This document shows, piece by piece, positions 10,906 through 20,720 of a stretch of DNA of 64,000 nucleotides. Position 1 is the stretch's first letter. The number at the start of each line of letters is the position of its first letter. The notes under the pieces were generated by a model. The model was not told the origin of the DNA and searched no databases. It saw only the letters and a program-made list of their open reading frames with translations. The position numbers and the translations under genes were made by a program. Source of the stretch: a virus. The DNA is taken from positions 14,535-78,534 of IMG/VR virus record IMGVR_UViG_3300031977_001585, one strand, 5' to 3'.

Positions 10906-11874
10906 TTATTCTCCTTGCCTTATAATGCTATAGTATTTTGATAGATCGTCAGTCCCGTAGACCCCACGTTCTTCACCTCGTAGATAAACTCTTCCGTCCG
11001 TTCCAATAACTTGAGTCGGCACTTCTCCGGTAGAGATCTCTTCACTGTATACAATGGTATCGTTCCATGTTAGTAGAAGAGATACAGGTGCATCAACATT
11101 TTCAATATACTCTGACCACTCGTATCTCGGACTCGACCCTGACCAATGTGGTTCGTTATCTGGAAGATCCGGTACAGGTTCTCCGACATATGGTGCAAAA
11201 TTATACCCACCGTTAACCAACTTGATCGGGTTAAGTAGGAAATACGTTAGTGCTTTTATCTTACCTTGACGACCCGAATAAGCATTCAGTGCATCGGCAA
11301 GATCATATTGTTGTGCGATATCATATAGTGCTGTCACCGACAACGTCTCGATTGCTAGATCTTTTAGCAGTTTAATATTCTCAAACGGATACGCATATAG
11401 GGCACCGTACGCAACAGTTCCGTCGGACATCGTAGTTTCTTCTTTAGTGTTGAAGACAACATGCGTATCGGTTATCGATACCAATTTTTCTGGAGTGTCA
11501 CCATTTGCGGATGTGTAGAATGTGAAACTAGGAGAGTGTTCTTGTGACCAGTCTTGATATAATACGTTATCCTCTAACGGTGAGTTTACGATAGACTCGA
11601 AATATAGATTATCACCAACGATGACATTCTCATCAATCGGATCTGTAGGTTCGAGAGGTTCTGGTTCTGCCTCTGGTTCCGGTTCTGGTTCTGGTTCCGG
11701 CTCTGGTTCAGGTTCTGGTTCAGGTTCCGGTTCTGGAGTTGGGGTTACACTACCAATTTCCTCACGGATGAAGTATAAGGTGTCCTCATTCTTTTCGGAT
11801 AGGGCATCGTACTGCTCCTGTGTGCCGATCCAAACCTCGACTGCCTCACCTGTATTCTTGTCTATAATACTCAT
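10906..11874 (-). CDS. Tail fibre-associated protein with (PE)n linker
   Basis: N-terminal W.GTQEQYDAL..K..DTLYFI motif common in phage tail fibre proteins, followed by a Pro-Glu repeat. Confidence 0.6.
   Translation of the reverse strand: MSIIDKNTGEAVEVWIGTQEQYDALSEKNEDTLYFIREEIGSVTPTPEPEPEPEPEPEPEPEPEPEPEAEPEPLEPTDPIDENVIVGDNLYFESIVNSPLEDNVLYQDWSQEHSPSFTFYTSANGDTPEKLVSITDTHVVFNTKEETTMSDGTVAYGALYAYPFENIKLLKDLAIETLSVTALYDIAQQYDLADALNAYSGRQGKIKALTYFLLNPIKLVNGGYNFAPYVGEPVPDLPDNEPHWSGSSPRYEWSEYIENVDAPVSLLLTWNDTIVYSEEISTGEVPTQVIGTDGRVYLRGEERGVYGTDDLSKYYSIIRQGE
11657..11736 (-). repeat. Degenerate 6-bp tandem repeat encoding a (Pro-Glu)n linker of about 13 units
   Basis: Repeated GGTTC(T/C/A) units. 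Confidence 0.9.
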
Positions 11875-12971
11875 TGTTCATTTCCCACGATTACTTGATC
11901 GCCGACATATTCGATAGATGATATCTCAACACCACCTAGTTTGATTCCTTCGATTACCAGATCACCATAGAATACGGTGTAGTCTGCTACACTGTACACT
12001 TCAGGGTTGCCTTCTGGCATCGGTTGCATTCTGCCTGGTGACGGTGGAACTAGAGAAACGTCAATCGTAACCTCTGTTTCCTGTGCATCCATGAATTCGA
12101 TATCGTCACCCATATGTAGGTCTGTCGCATCCATGCGAGGTGCTGCAGGTGATGCCCAGTACGCAAGGGTGTCGTAGATATCTTCGATTCGTTGCAGTGA
12201 CATGTTTTTATAACGACCCAGAGTCTCTTCGGAACTCAAGATGAATGTCTCATCGACCGGATCGGTTTCACGCATCGTCATCAATGCGTATAATGGTTTG
12301 ACCTTGTTCTCTGCTTCACTCTCCAAGAACAGGTACGCAGTCTCTAGTGGATCTGTCTGCTTCCCTGATTCGGTCTCGATATCAGCAAGTCCCAGTGTAG
12401 ATACTTCGGTAGCAAGATAGAATCCCGCAGGGTGGACAAACTTCTTGTAGAACTCTTTGAAGTCCGATGTCGACATCCCCACCTTCAGTAGAACAGAGAA
12501 GACTTGGAATCGACGATCGTCTGTGATAAACTTGACAGACTCCGGTCCTATCTGTGAGTCGGCCTCACCGATCTTGAATATGTACTGCTTCGGGTAGACG
12601 ACCTCGACATCATGATGGAAGAATGCCTTGAAGAACTGCTCGACCGACATCTGTGTGCCCTTGGCACGGTAGAAGTTGGCAAGCAGTTTGGTTGATAGAC
12701 GTGCGGTTGCTTCGTCTGGGAATGCAGTGGTGTCGATACCGTTACCGATACCACGTAGTAATAGATCGAGTGCGTCTAGTGTTGTTGTGCTAATGTCACG
12801 GATGCTAAAGAGTTCTTGGATCTTTGCCTCGAACGATCCCGACGGATCCTCTTTAGTGTACTCATAGTAGTTCTCCAAGAACTCGATAAGTCTTGGATAG
12901 TCGGACTGGTAGAACTCTGGTAGTACCCCAGAGATCTCACTACTATGGAATCGAACCTTAGCACGTGCCAT
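11871..12971 (-). CDS. Baseplate wedge initiator, short gp7-like
   Basis: LPEFYQSDYPRLIEFLENYYEY, FYRAKGT and K.FVHPAGF motifs; directly follows gp6. Confidence 0.75.
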   Translation of the reverse strand: MARAKVRFHSSEISGVLPEFYQSDYPRLIEFLENYYEYTKEDPSGSFEAKIQELFSIRDISTTTLDALDLLLRGIGNGIDTTAFPDEATARLSTKLLANFYRAKGTQMSVEQFFKAFFHHDVEVVYPKQYIFKIGEADSQIGPESVKFITDDRRFQVFSVLLKVGMSTSDFKEFYKKFVHPAGFYLATEVSTLGLADIETESGKQTDPLETAYLFLESEAENKVKPLYALMTMRETDPVDETFILSSEETLGRYKNMSLQRIEDIYDTLAYWASPAAPRMDATDLHMGDDIEFMDAQETEVTIDVSLVPPSPGRMQPMPEGNPEVYSVADYTVFYGDLVIEGIKLGGVEISSIEYVGDQVIVGNEQ

Positions 12972-14794
12972 TATAATAGAACTCCGATGGTATCGGTCTC
13001 AACGTTAGCAGTTACGGATGATCCTATGGCATCTAATCGTAGGATATAGTTGCGCAGTGGTTTGATCGTGCTTTGGTTAGCAGGTACTGCGTTTACTCTC
13101 AACGTATCCGATGTCCCTTCTTCGATGCGAAGACCTCGAAGATTGACCGCACCCTTCGCGGGGTCATATGACCCCACGTTCGAAAGAATGACGTTCCCGT
13201 CGGTATCAAAAATCTGCAGACGATACGACCCCAGTTCATTCTTTACAACGGCGTTCTTTCCGTTGTACCTGAAAGCAGACGTTGTGACAACATGTTCATC
13301 CTTGTCCGGTGCGGCAAGCAAGAACGGGAAGTTGACATCAAAGTCTCTTACGATAAAGTTCTCTGGCAGTAGACCGACAGTGATACCAGAGTTGTATGTG
13401 ATAACCTCATCAAACAGAACTCGAATGTTGATACGAGACTGTGCGGAGACAGACATCTTAGAGTTTAGGATTGCCGGACTTAGATCGTCGACCTTCGACA
13501 ATAGAGGAGAACGACGGAACGATGAATTGAACTTGTTCATCTCTTCGGCAAAGTGGTCGGTAATGATCTCTTCGACTCGTGAACGATACGTCTCTTTCGT
13601 TTCGGTAGATATCGTCGGATCGATATTGAACATCGTCGTTGCGGTAATGTATACGACTTCCGGATCGGTGAACTCTGTGTCGATCGACATGATCGATAGG
13701 TTGCTTGTTAGTTCATCTTTGATACGGGTACGTAGATCGTCAACGTCGATTCCGAATCTCGGGTTCAGACTTACGAATACCTTTCCATACTCTGGTGGTA
13801 CGTTGTCGTTACCACCCCATGCTACTACGTCATTAATGAACGGAGCATATTTGTTACTGATCATCGACGTGTAGTCTTCGGCAGTGACTAGTCGACGTTG
13901 TGATGCGAATCCACGAGGTGCGTTTAGTTTGATCGACTCAAGTGACTCTTTTGCCGAACCACCGGCCGATCGAGTTGCACTTAGGATCTCTAAACCGTTA
14001 CTGACTCCCTTCGTTGTAAACGTTGCGGCACCGTTACCTTCGGTTCCGGATGTCTTCAGATAGGTAACGACAATCTTACTACCCACTTTCGGTTTTTGAC
14101 CTAATACGTTACCGTCACTGAATAGGATTTCGTAGTGACCGTTCGACGTTTCCTTTATGAAGAAGATACGAGAGTTGTCGGTGATGCCGGAGACAGAGTC
14201 GATGTTCAGATACGACGTTGAACTATCGGATGTATACGAGTCGAATACTTCGACCTTTAGTGTGGTTGCGTCTAGGTCTTCGTCTGGAATGACGTACTGC
14301 GAGTATTCGACATCTGCTTGGAATGTGCGTCGACGGAGACGACCTTCGGATACCTTAACAAGACCCACTGCCAGACCGTCGTCGTTTACCTTGATAGTCG
14401 TTGGATCGGTTGTACGGAACGTGTATCCTACCTCATCGACCTGACCAATGAACTCATGACCTTCGGGAACCACGACTTCGACTTCACCTGCTGCCGGTGT
14501 AATGCTTACGGTTAGGAATGAAGATGCACCGACCTTCGACTTAGGAGTATACCCTAAAGTCTCTGCATGTGCAAGTGCCGACGCACGAATCTGAGACGAA
14601 CTAAGGAACGACTCATTGATTGCCATGTTTGCCGTTAGACCGTTCAGATGGGTGTTGTATGCCAGAACATCTAAGATAGCAGCGAGACCACTTCCCTCGA
14701 AGTTGTAGTCTGAGAATGTGCCCGACTGTCTTAGGTGTGCCTTTAGACTCTTACGTAACTCAAGAAAGTCAAGATCAGAGGTTTTGATTGTCAT
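12971..14794 (-). CDS. gp6: Baseplate wedge subunit gp6
   Basis: DLDFLELRKSLK..FSDYNFEGSGL..LLDVLAYNTH, QRRLVTAEDY, WGG.DN.PPEYGKVF. Confidence 0.95.
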   Translation of the reverse strand: MTIKTSDLDFLELRKSLKAHLRQSGTFSDYNFEGSGLAAILDVLAYNTHLNGLTANMAINESFLSSSQIRASALAHAETLGYTPKSKVGASSFLTVSITPAAGEVEVVVPEGHEFIGQVDEVGYTFRTTDPTTIKVNDDGLAVGLVKVSEGRLRRRTFQADVEYSQYVIPDEDLDATTLKVEVFDSYTSDSSTSYLNIDSVSGITDNSRIFFIKETSNGHYEILFSDGNVLGQKPKVGSKIVVTYLKTSGTEGNGAATFTTKGVSNGLEILSATRSAGGSAKESLESIKLNAPRGFASQRRLVTAEDYTSMISNKYAPFINDVVAWGGNDNVPPEYGKVFVSLNPRFGIDVDDLRTRIKDELTSNLSIMSIDTEFTDPEVVYITATTMFNIDPTISTETKETYRSRVEEIITDHFAEEMNKFNSSFRRSPLLSKVDDLSPAILNSKMSVSAQSRINIRVLFDEVITYNSGITVGLLPENFIVRDFDVNFPFLLAAPDKDEHVVTTSAFRYNGKNAVVKNELGSYRLQIFDTDGNVILSNVGSYDPAKGAVNLRGLRIEEGTSDTLRVNAVPANQSTIKPLRNYILRLDAIGSSVTANVETDTIGVLL

Positions 14795-15235
14795 TTACCT
14801 TATCCTCGCAATATTCACGTTAACCGAAACCTCTTGCTCGAAGTCTACCACATTGAACTTCACAAGAACGTCAACCGAATTATAATCTGGTTTAATGTTA
14901 ACTATGACCTGATTCACGATTGCTCTTGGTTCATAGTTAGATATAGTTGATTCAACGAGAGTCTTGATGTCTCGTTTGTTTAAATCTGTATCGAGTTCAA
15001 ACAGCAAACTGCCCAAGTCCGCACCCAACAAAGGACGGAATGGTCGAGACCCATGATTCGTCATCAACAGATTCTTTACAGACTGTATGACTGCCTGTGC
15101 GTCTTTCTTCTGGTAGATGTCCCCCGATGGTTTCTTCATGAAGGTACAATCGATATCAGAATTAACGACGGCTACCGATACAGTGATCGGTCGAGTTGAC
15201 AAATTTAAGTCTTGTAAAGAACTAATCTTAGGCAT
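14795..15235 (-). CDS. gp25: Baseplate wedge subunit gp25
   Basis: AVIQSVKNLLMTNHGSRPFRPLLG..L..LLFE and YEPR motifs. Confidence 0.92.
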   Translation of the reverse strand: MPKISSLQDLNLSTRPITVSVAVVNSDIDCTFMKKPSGDIYQKKDAQAVIQSVKNLLMTNHGSRPFRPLLGADLGSLLFELDTDLNKRDIKTLVESTISNYEPRAIVNQVIVNIKPDYNSVDVLVKFNVVDFEQEVSVNVNIARIR

Positions 15236-15256
15236 TGCGTTAAACTCTTTTTTGTG

Positions 15257-15264
15257 TATTTATA
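15257..15264 (-). promoter_or_regulatory. T4-type late promoter TATAAATA
   Basis: Exact motif upstream of gp25. Confidence 0.75.
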
Positions 15265-16669
15265 TGAGTCCACCGATGAATTCTTCAAATTCTTCGGGAG
15301 TCATATTTTCGGTGTCCGGTGCCTTGATATCATCAAGGTTCGGCAACTCTGGTGGTCCTTTGTGTTTCAGTTCATCGACCCCTTCCGGTATGTCGACAAT
15401 GCCGTCTATTATATCCGGTAGAGCAACACTGAATGAGATCGGTAGTCCGATCAACATTAACACGTCGCACAGTGTTAGATCTAGGAACGACAGCAGTTTA
15501 CCCAGACCGATTGCATCAAGGAACTTCTTGATCTTCCTGATCCAGATGTTCAGCAGTTCCTTCATGGAGATTGTCTTCCAGTCACGTGCGGCCGTTACGA
15601 GTTGGTGTACGTGCTCCTCGATAGACTCTACTGTCTTATCTATCTCTCCCCCCATGATGTCACTCAATTTGATATTGAACGGTGCTGGTAGGGGAATGCC
15701 TAGATCCATGAGTTCATCGACAAACGCATTCTTGATCTTACCGATCTCCTTGTTGAGGTCAAAGTTCTCGAAGTCTTCCTTGAGTTGCTCTGCCTGTTGC
15801 TTGACCCTTTCGATCTCTCGATCCATCTTCTCCTTTGCCGCGTCGATCATAGAACGAATCCATTCAGCAACATCGAATGACAATGGGATAGGTAGATCGG
15901 GCAACCCTAATGCGTCCCAGATCACCTTGAACTTACCGATCAGTTTGTCGAACAGTTTGAACAAAGAGTTAGTGCAGTACTCCATGATCTCGTTTTTAAT
16001 ATAAGACCACGTAAGTTTTGCCTTGTACTCATCACACAGTTGTCCGAACTCTCCTTTATAGTACTGGTATTCGGCATCAACCATAGCATAGAACTTGTCG
16101 ACACCTTCCTCGATCTGCTTCTTTAGTTCTTTCTGATAGTCCGGATTGGCAATCTGTAGCACATCAATCTGTAGACCAAGTATCGATACCTCGAACTCAA
16201 CAGGGATAATCTTAGAGATCATCTCCATCATCTTGACCGGAACAAAGATGTGGTATTCCTGAATCAGTTCAGTGAATGCGTCCTCTGCTTCCTTTTCCCA
16301 GTCACGTACATCTCCTTTTGACCACCACGGGGCAAACAAGTCGGAGACGGTTTCGATCGTTTTCTCGACATCCTCGACCGTACCCATGATCTCATCGTAG
16401 ACTTCAGTGCCTAGGTCGAACGATTCGAGTGCTTGGATCTGTGACTGCAGTTCTGCCCTTGCATCCTCCGGAGCATTCTTAATCTGCTTCTCTAGGTCAC
16501 GTATCTGTGTCTCGATTTCTTCACTCTTTCCTGAGAGGTCGAGTTTTGCAGCGTCCACGTACGACGTGATCTGAGGTGGTATGTCACTCAGTTTATTGAA
16601 CAGGTTGACAATGTCTGCCTTCTTCGGTAGTCCACCACCTTCGCAAGACAGTTCAAGAGTTAAGTCCAC
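15260..16669 (-). CDS. Hypothetical acidic helical protein between gp5 and gp25
   Basis: 469-aa ORF abutting the gp5 stop codon; coiled-coil segments and internal ILGL/LGLP repeats. Confidence 0.6.
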   Translation of the reverse strand: MDLTLELSCEGGGLPKKADIVNLFNKLSDIPPQITSYVDAAKLDLSGKSEEIETQIRDLEKQIKNAPEDARAELQSQIQALESFDLGTEVYDEIMGTVEDVEKTIETVSDLFAPWWSKGDVRDWEKEAEDAFTELIQEYHIFVPVKMMEMISKIIPVEFEVSILGLQIDVLQIANPDYQKELKKQIEEGVDKFYAMVDAEYQYYKGEFGQLCDEYKAKLTWSYIKNEIMEYCTNSLFKLFDKLIGKFKVIWDALGLPDLPIPLSFDVAEWIRSMIDAAKEKMDREIERVKQQAEQLKEDFENFDLNKEIGKIKNAFVDELMDLGIPLPAPFNIKLSDIMGGEIDKTVESIEEHVHQLVTAARDWKTISMKELLNIWIRKIKKFLDAIGLGKLLSFLDLTLCDVLMLIGLPISFSVALPDIIDGIVDIPEGVDELKHKGPPELPNLDDIKAPDTENMTPEEFEEFIGGLI

Positions 16670-17274
16670 TAGAATGTCTTGCCATTGATACTGACACCAG
16701 CACCCGATATGAGGTTGATGCCCTTGGTTGAATCGATTGTTGTAACACCCTTGACAGTGATGTTGCAGTCATTGATCACCTCGATGATGCAGTCGTTCAT
16801 CACTTTAATCTTAAGGGTACCGTCCTCTAGCATCTCGTAGTGCGTACCTGAACGATGTCTCTCTTTGATTCGTTCCTTCCCTTCGGTATCGTCATACTCT
16901 TTGTAGTGACCTCTCTCGGTCTCGTACACCTTGTTGTACGGATAGTTCTCTTCTGCCAGTGAATTGTCATCACCTTCCTTCGGCATTGCCCCGATGACCA
17001 ACGGCAGCTGCGAGTTAGGTCCGTCAAGGAACATACCGAATACGTTAGTACCCACTAACAGACCAACGTACTGTCCGGTACTCTTGTGTACCCCCTGTGT
17101 GACGGGAACAACGATCTGTGCCCACGGTAGATCTTCGGGTGCGATATCGTCATAGACACCGTACACACTGACCTTCACACGACCCAACTTCTTCGGATCT
17201 TTGTTGTCGACGACCTTACCGACGAACCATCGGGTCTGGTCTCCATAGTAATCAATAAAATGCTTCGGGATCAT
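16669..17274 (-). CDS. gp5: Baseplate hub/spike protein gp5 (OB-fold plus short beta-helix, no lysozyme domain)
   Basis: WFVGKVVDNKDPKKLGRVKV, LPWA, VFGMFLDG..SQLPLVIG, YPYNKVYETERGH..EYDDT.G.ERI. Confidence 0.9.
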   Translation of the reverse strand: MIPKHFIDYYGDQTRWFVGKVVDNKDPKKLGRVKVSVYGVYDDIAPEDLPWAQIVVPVTQGVHKSTGQYVGLLVGTNVFGMFLDGPNSQLPLVIGAMPKEGDDNSLAEENYPYNKVYETERGHYKEYDDTEGKERIKERHRSGTHYEMLEDGTLKIKVMNDCIIEVINDCNITVKGVTTIDSTKGINLISGAGVSINGKTF

Positions 17275-18587
17275 TCTTCGACACCACCATTAGATAATTT
17301 AACACAAGAAAGGGATACGTCATACCCCTCCGTTTTGAATGAATGTTTTGCCGCAAAGACCAAGTAGTCACCGGACTTATGCGGATCATACTTTGCTTTT
17401 TCGTCGACCATGTTCGCAGACTGGAATAGTATGCGTGTTGGGATACCAATCGTCAGATGCGACATGGTAAGATAGTCGAACCCGTCGACGGTTACGGTCA
17501 TTGGATTGAATGTCATGAGGTTCTTGATCGTTCGACTGATTATATTCAATCGATATTCGGATGTCTCCTTGGATTGGTTGAACGAGTCCGTACCCTCGAA
17601 CCCTTGGAACCCACCGATCTGGGTGATCACTCGACTGGTCATCTCGTTGAACGGTTCATCGTCAACCTTAAAGTCATCGGTATAGAAACGTTTGCGGCCT
17701 AGCAATCCATCCTTGTCTAATGGTTCCATCACGTGCTTCACGATATCGAACCCTACTTCGGTTGACTTATCTGCAAGTACATCGTAGTACTGATACTTGG
17801 AACCGATCAGTGCCTTGTCGATCATATCCAATAGGTTCGATGTCGATCGATGGTCGTGGTTCTTGATGACACGTCGACGTTGAGTTGCTCCTGCATTGCT
17901 AGAGGCATTGTTTACGTAGGGCACACCATCCTTACCTCCGTTCCACGGTCCTAGTTGCATCATGGTCTTGATATCGAGTAGGTACAGTTTGTCGTCGTTC
18001 AGTCGAGAGTGTAGGTAGAACGGATACCCTTCGGTCGTCGTCATGCGGTTCTTCACCCAACATATTGCATCGATCGGAGTGAGATTCGGTATGATCATCT
18101 TCATGTCTTGGATGTCGTTAGCAGTGCCCTTGACATCCTTTCCAACGAACTCCTTAGCAATCTTTGCGACAATGGTCGACGGTGTACCGGAGTAACTCTT
18201 GTTGACATTCTTGAGGTTAGACTCATACCAGTGCGCCTCGATAAGGTGCACGATGAACACTTCGGTATCTTCGTTCTGATCGGCACGTGAGGACATCAAG
18301 ATCTTGTCAATGCGGAACGTCTTGTCAACGTAAGGCATCATGATCTTAGGATCGTCAGTAAAGTAGTCGATCTTTACCGTCACGACATCACTGCTACGAA
18401 TATCGAAGTCAGTCATGATTGCACGAGTGTCTGTGAACATCATCGTCGCAGTGAGATACGGTTTGTCTAGGTGCTCGAAGATATCGATATCGGTCACTAA
18501 GTACTTGATATCAATAGTTGTATCGTACGAACTTGAATGTAAAACAACCGACTCAAGTTTGTACGGAGTGTTCTGCTCGACAGTCAT
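17271..18587 (-). CDS. Baseplate hub protein, gp27-like
   Basis: Lies between gp53 and gp5; IDIFEHLDKPYLTA, IPNLTP..AI.W, SGDYLV...KH motifs. Confidence 0.65.
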   Translation of the reverse strand: MTVEQNTPYKLESVVLHSSSYDTTIDIKYLVTDIDIFEHLDKPYLTATMMFTDTRAIMTDFDIRSSDVVTVKIDYFTDDPKIMMPYVDKTFRIDKILMSSRADQNEDTEVFIVHLIEAHWYESNLKNVNKSYSGTPSTIVAKIAKEFVGKDVKGTANDIQDMKMIIPNLTPIDAICWVKNRMTTTEGYPFYLHSRLNDDKLYLLDIKTMMQLGPWNGGKDGVPYVNNASSNAGATQRRRVIKNHDHRSTSNLLDMIDKALIGSKYQYYDVLADKSTEVGFDIVKHVMEPLDKDGLLGRKRFYTDDFKVDDEPFNEMTSRVITQIGGFQGFEGTDSFNQSKETSEYRLNIISRTIKNLMTFNPMTVTVDGFDYLTMSHLTIGIPTRILFQSANMVDEKAKYDPHKSGDYLVFAAKHSFKTEGYDVSLSCVKLSNGGVEE

Positions 18588-18589
18588 AA

Positions 18590-19336
18590 TTAACCTATTG
18601 CGTCACGGAATGCCTTCACTACGTCACCGACGGCCGATTCCTTGAGTGCTCGAATTCTTCTTAGTTCGTTGTTGGTTGTTCTATAGTAGTCGTAGTGACT
18701 GACCTGTGCTGGTGTGACGACCTCATTATCAATCGTCGTGTGCTTCCCTGTGTAAGGATCGATGTCTACCTGTTCACCGTTGTACGTGTGATACTTAGTC
18801 GATAGATATTGAGGTTCGATCGAGTAGGCAGTCAGTGTCTGAATCTCTTCGGACTCACCAACCACCGATGTGAGGTCTTCACCGGACGATGCGAACGTGC
18901 CTTCGTATACCTCGATCACGAGTTGACCTAGGTTCACATCACGTGATAGGACTCTACCTGACGCACCTGACGTTTGCCCTGTGACCAACTGACCGACGAA
19001 CATCTTGTCTAGCATGTTTTGGTTAGTGTTTACTACGGTATGTGGTAGATCCTTCTTCACCTGATCGAGCACTTGAATGTCCGTGCGAGGCCATCCACAC
19101 TCTCGTAGATCCGGATTCATGAGGTAGAACGTCCAGTGCAACTGTGGGTTATTGTACAGTTTGTATGCGACGTGGTCTGCACGTTCACCGTGTTGGATGT
19201 AATAGTCGACATAGAAGGAGTCGTTCACTCGCAAGGTGTCTAGAACCTCTGCGTATACCGTTAGGTCTTCGGTAAAACTCAGTTCGTCGGCATCTCCGAA
19301 TCGATATGACGTGTACGGAAACATTTTGAAAAACAT
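18590..19336 (-). CDS. gp53: Baseplate wedge subunit gp53
   Basis: MFFKMFP, Y.I..GERADHVAYKLY.NPQLHW.F.LMN, N.E.RRIR.LK. Confidence 0.9.
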   Translation of the reverse strand: MFFKMFPYTSYRFGDADELSFTEDLTVYAEVLDTLRVNDSFYVDYYIQHGERADHVAYKLYNNPQLHWTFYLMNPDLRECGWPRTDIQVLDQVKKDLPHTVVNTNQNMLDKMFVGQLVTGQTSGASGRVLSRDVNLGQLVIEVYEGTFASSGEDLTSVVGESEEIQTLTAYSIEPQYLSTKYHTYNGEQVDIDPYTGKHTTIDNEVVTPAQVSHYDYYRTTNNELRRIRALKESAVGDVVKAFRDAIG

Positions 19337-20667
19337 TAGTAACCCTCCTCAATGTCTGTTCTGTTGAGTGCGATATCTTCCTTAAAGGTAAGTGCTAGAT
19401 CATACTCTACTGGACGACCGTCTTTATGGTATGCCATGCTGGACGGGTTATAGTTAGTTGCAATACTCTCTAGGTAGCACTTCTTGATCTTGGTACCGAT
19501 TTGTACTTCGTTACCCTCAGAGTCTGTCGACGTGAGTTCGATGTTGAACATCCACGGATATTTGTAACCGACGATCGTACCACCTCGGGCATTGATCGGT
19601 TCTGGGAATGCATAGTGACGGAAACGATAGATGATTGCTTCGACCATCTCTGCTTCTGCCTCACTCACGGGAATGAACTTGAACTGGAATTGGAACTGAC
19701 GTAGGTTTACACCCTTGAACATTGCACGGGTGTTCGGGTTGATCGTTACCTGTGCGGCAAGGCTCATTGCTCCACGTAGTTCATCCGGTATTGCTTTACC
19801 TACCAGACTCTGTGCTCCACGTAGTGCGGCAACCTTAGCAAGATCATTTCCGTCGGTAGTGCCAGAGAACAAATCACCGATTGACTTGAATCCATTAACC
19901 AATGCCTGACCTATAACACCCGTCATCGTGCTACCACTATTGAATGCATTCAATGCAGCCGCACCTGACATACCTAAGTCAACGTTAGTGTACTGCATAG
20001 CATCGTTTACTGCAAACCCGACAGGTAGGTAGAGAGCAATCTGTTCTGCTACTTGGGGTTGAGTTTCCGGTGCCATTTCCGGTGCGTTCTCATCACCTGC
20101 TTCTCCGGACTTAGGTTTGTCCCCTTCACTCATTTCCTTGAGAGTCTTGTCTGCAGCTGCCTTCTCTGCTTCACATGCATCTAGTTCGTTCTGTGTCTGT
20201 TTGATCTCAGTCTGACACTCATTATATTCTTTTTCTGCTTGAAGTGCCTTAGCATTATCCATCCTACCTTGACCTTCAGATTTGACTTCATTGATTGTAT
20301 CTTCTGCGTCTTGGGCACGTGCTTTAAGTTCTGTCAGTTTTGCCTGCAAGTTCTTCTTTCTCTCTTCGAACTCATCGGTAATCTTCTTTGACTTTTCATG
20401 TTTCTTTGCAATCCCATCAACGCTTTCTTTACCTGCCTCTACTGTCGATAGAGTCTTGACAGGTTCGAATAGAATTTTAGTAGGGCATCGTTTACCGGCA
20501 GTTGTGCCGTCGGCAGGATACTGCAGTTTACCAGACTTCTGCTTGTTCTTCTTCTTTGCCTTGGTTTCGGTAGGACCGTCTTCACTACCACCTGCTGCGC
20601 GTCGTAGTTGTTCGGGGGTTAGTTTGTCCCCAACCTCCACATCAAAGATGTCGTCGTTATCTGCCAT
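19336..20667 (-). CDS. gp48: Baseplate tail-tube cap gp48-like, with a charged coiled-coil insertion
   Basis: IALYLP, NPNTRAMFKGVNLRQFQFQFKFIP.SE.EA, YP..F.I, C.L.SI..NY.P motifs. Confidence 0.85.
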   Translation of the reverse strand: MADNDDIFDVEVGDKLTPEQLRRAAGGSEDGPTETKAKKKNKQKSGKLQYPADGTTAGKRCPTKILFEPVKTLSTVEAGKESVDGIAKKHEKSKKITDEFEERKKNLQAKLTELKARAQDAEDTINEVKSEGQGRMDNAKALQAEKEYNECQTEIKQTQNELDACEAEKAAADKTLKEMSEGDKPKSGEAGDENAPEMAPETQPQVAEQIALYLPVGFAVNDAMQYTNVDLGMSGAAALNAFNSGSTMTGVIGQALVNGFKSIGDLFSGTTDGNDLAKVAALRGAQSLVGKAIPDELRGAMSLAAQVTINPNTRAMFKGVNLRQFQFQFKFIPVSEAEAEMVEAIIYRFRHYAFPEPINARGGTIVGYKYPWMFNIELTSTDSEGNEVQIGTKIKKCYLESIATNYNPSSMAYHKDGRPVEYDLALTFKEDIALNRTDIEEGY

Positions 20668-20683
20668 GAGAGAATCTCGTGTC

Positions 20684-20708
20684 TATAAATATGATTTAAC
20701 TATTTATA
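20684..20708. promoter_or_regulatory. Pair of opposite-strand late promoters (TATAAATA + at 20684, TATAAATA - at 20701)
   Basis: Two exact motifs in the 53-bp gap between the divergent gp48 and gp4 genes. Confidence 0.8.
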
Positions 20709-20720
20709 CACGAAATCCAA

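Noticed and set aside
13050-16004. Long plus-strand ORFs (274 aa and 295 aa) and many other antisense ORFs in the track
   Set aside because: They are shadows of well-supported minus-strand genes. Ser-rich antisense composition results from codon bias, and they have no SD or motifs.
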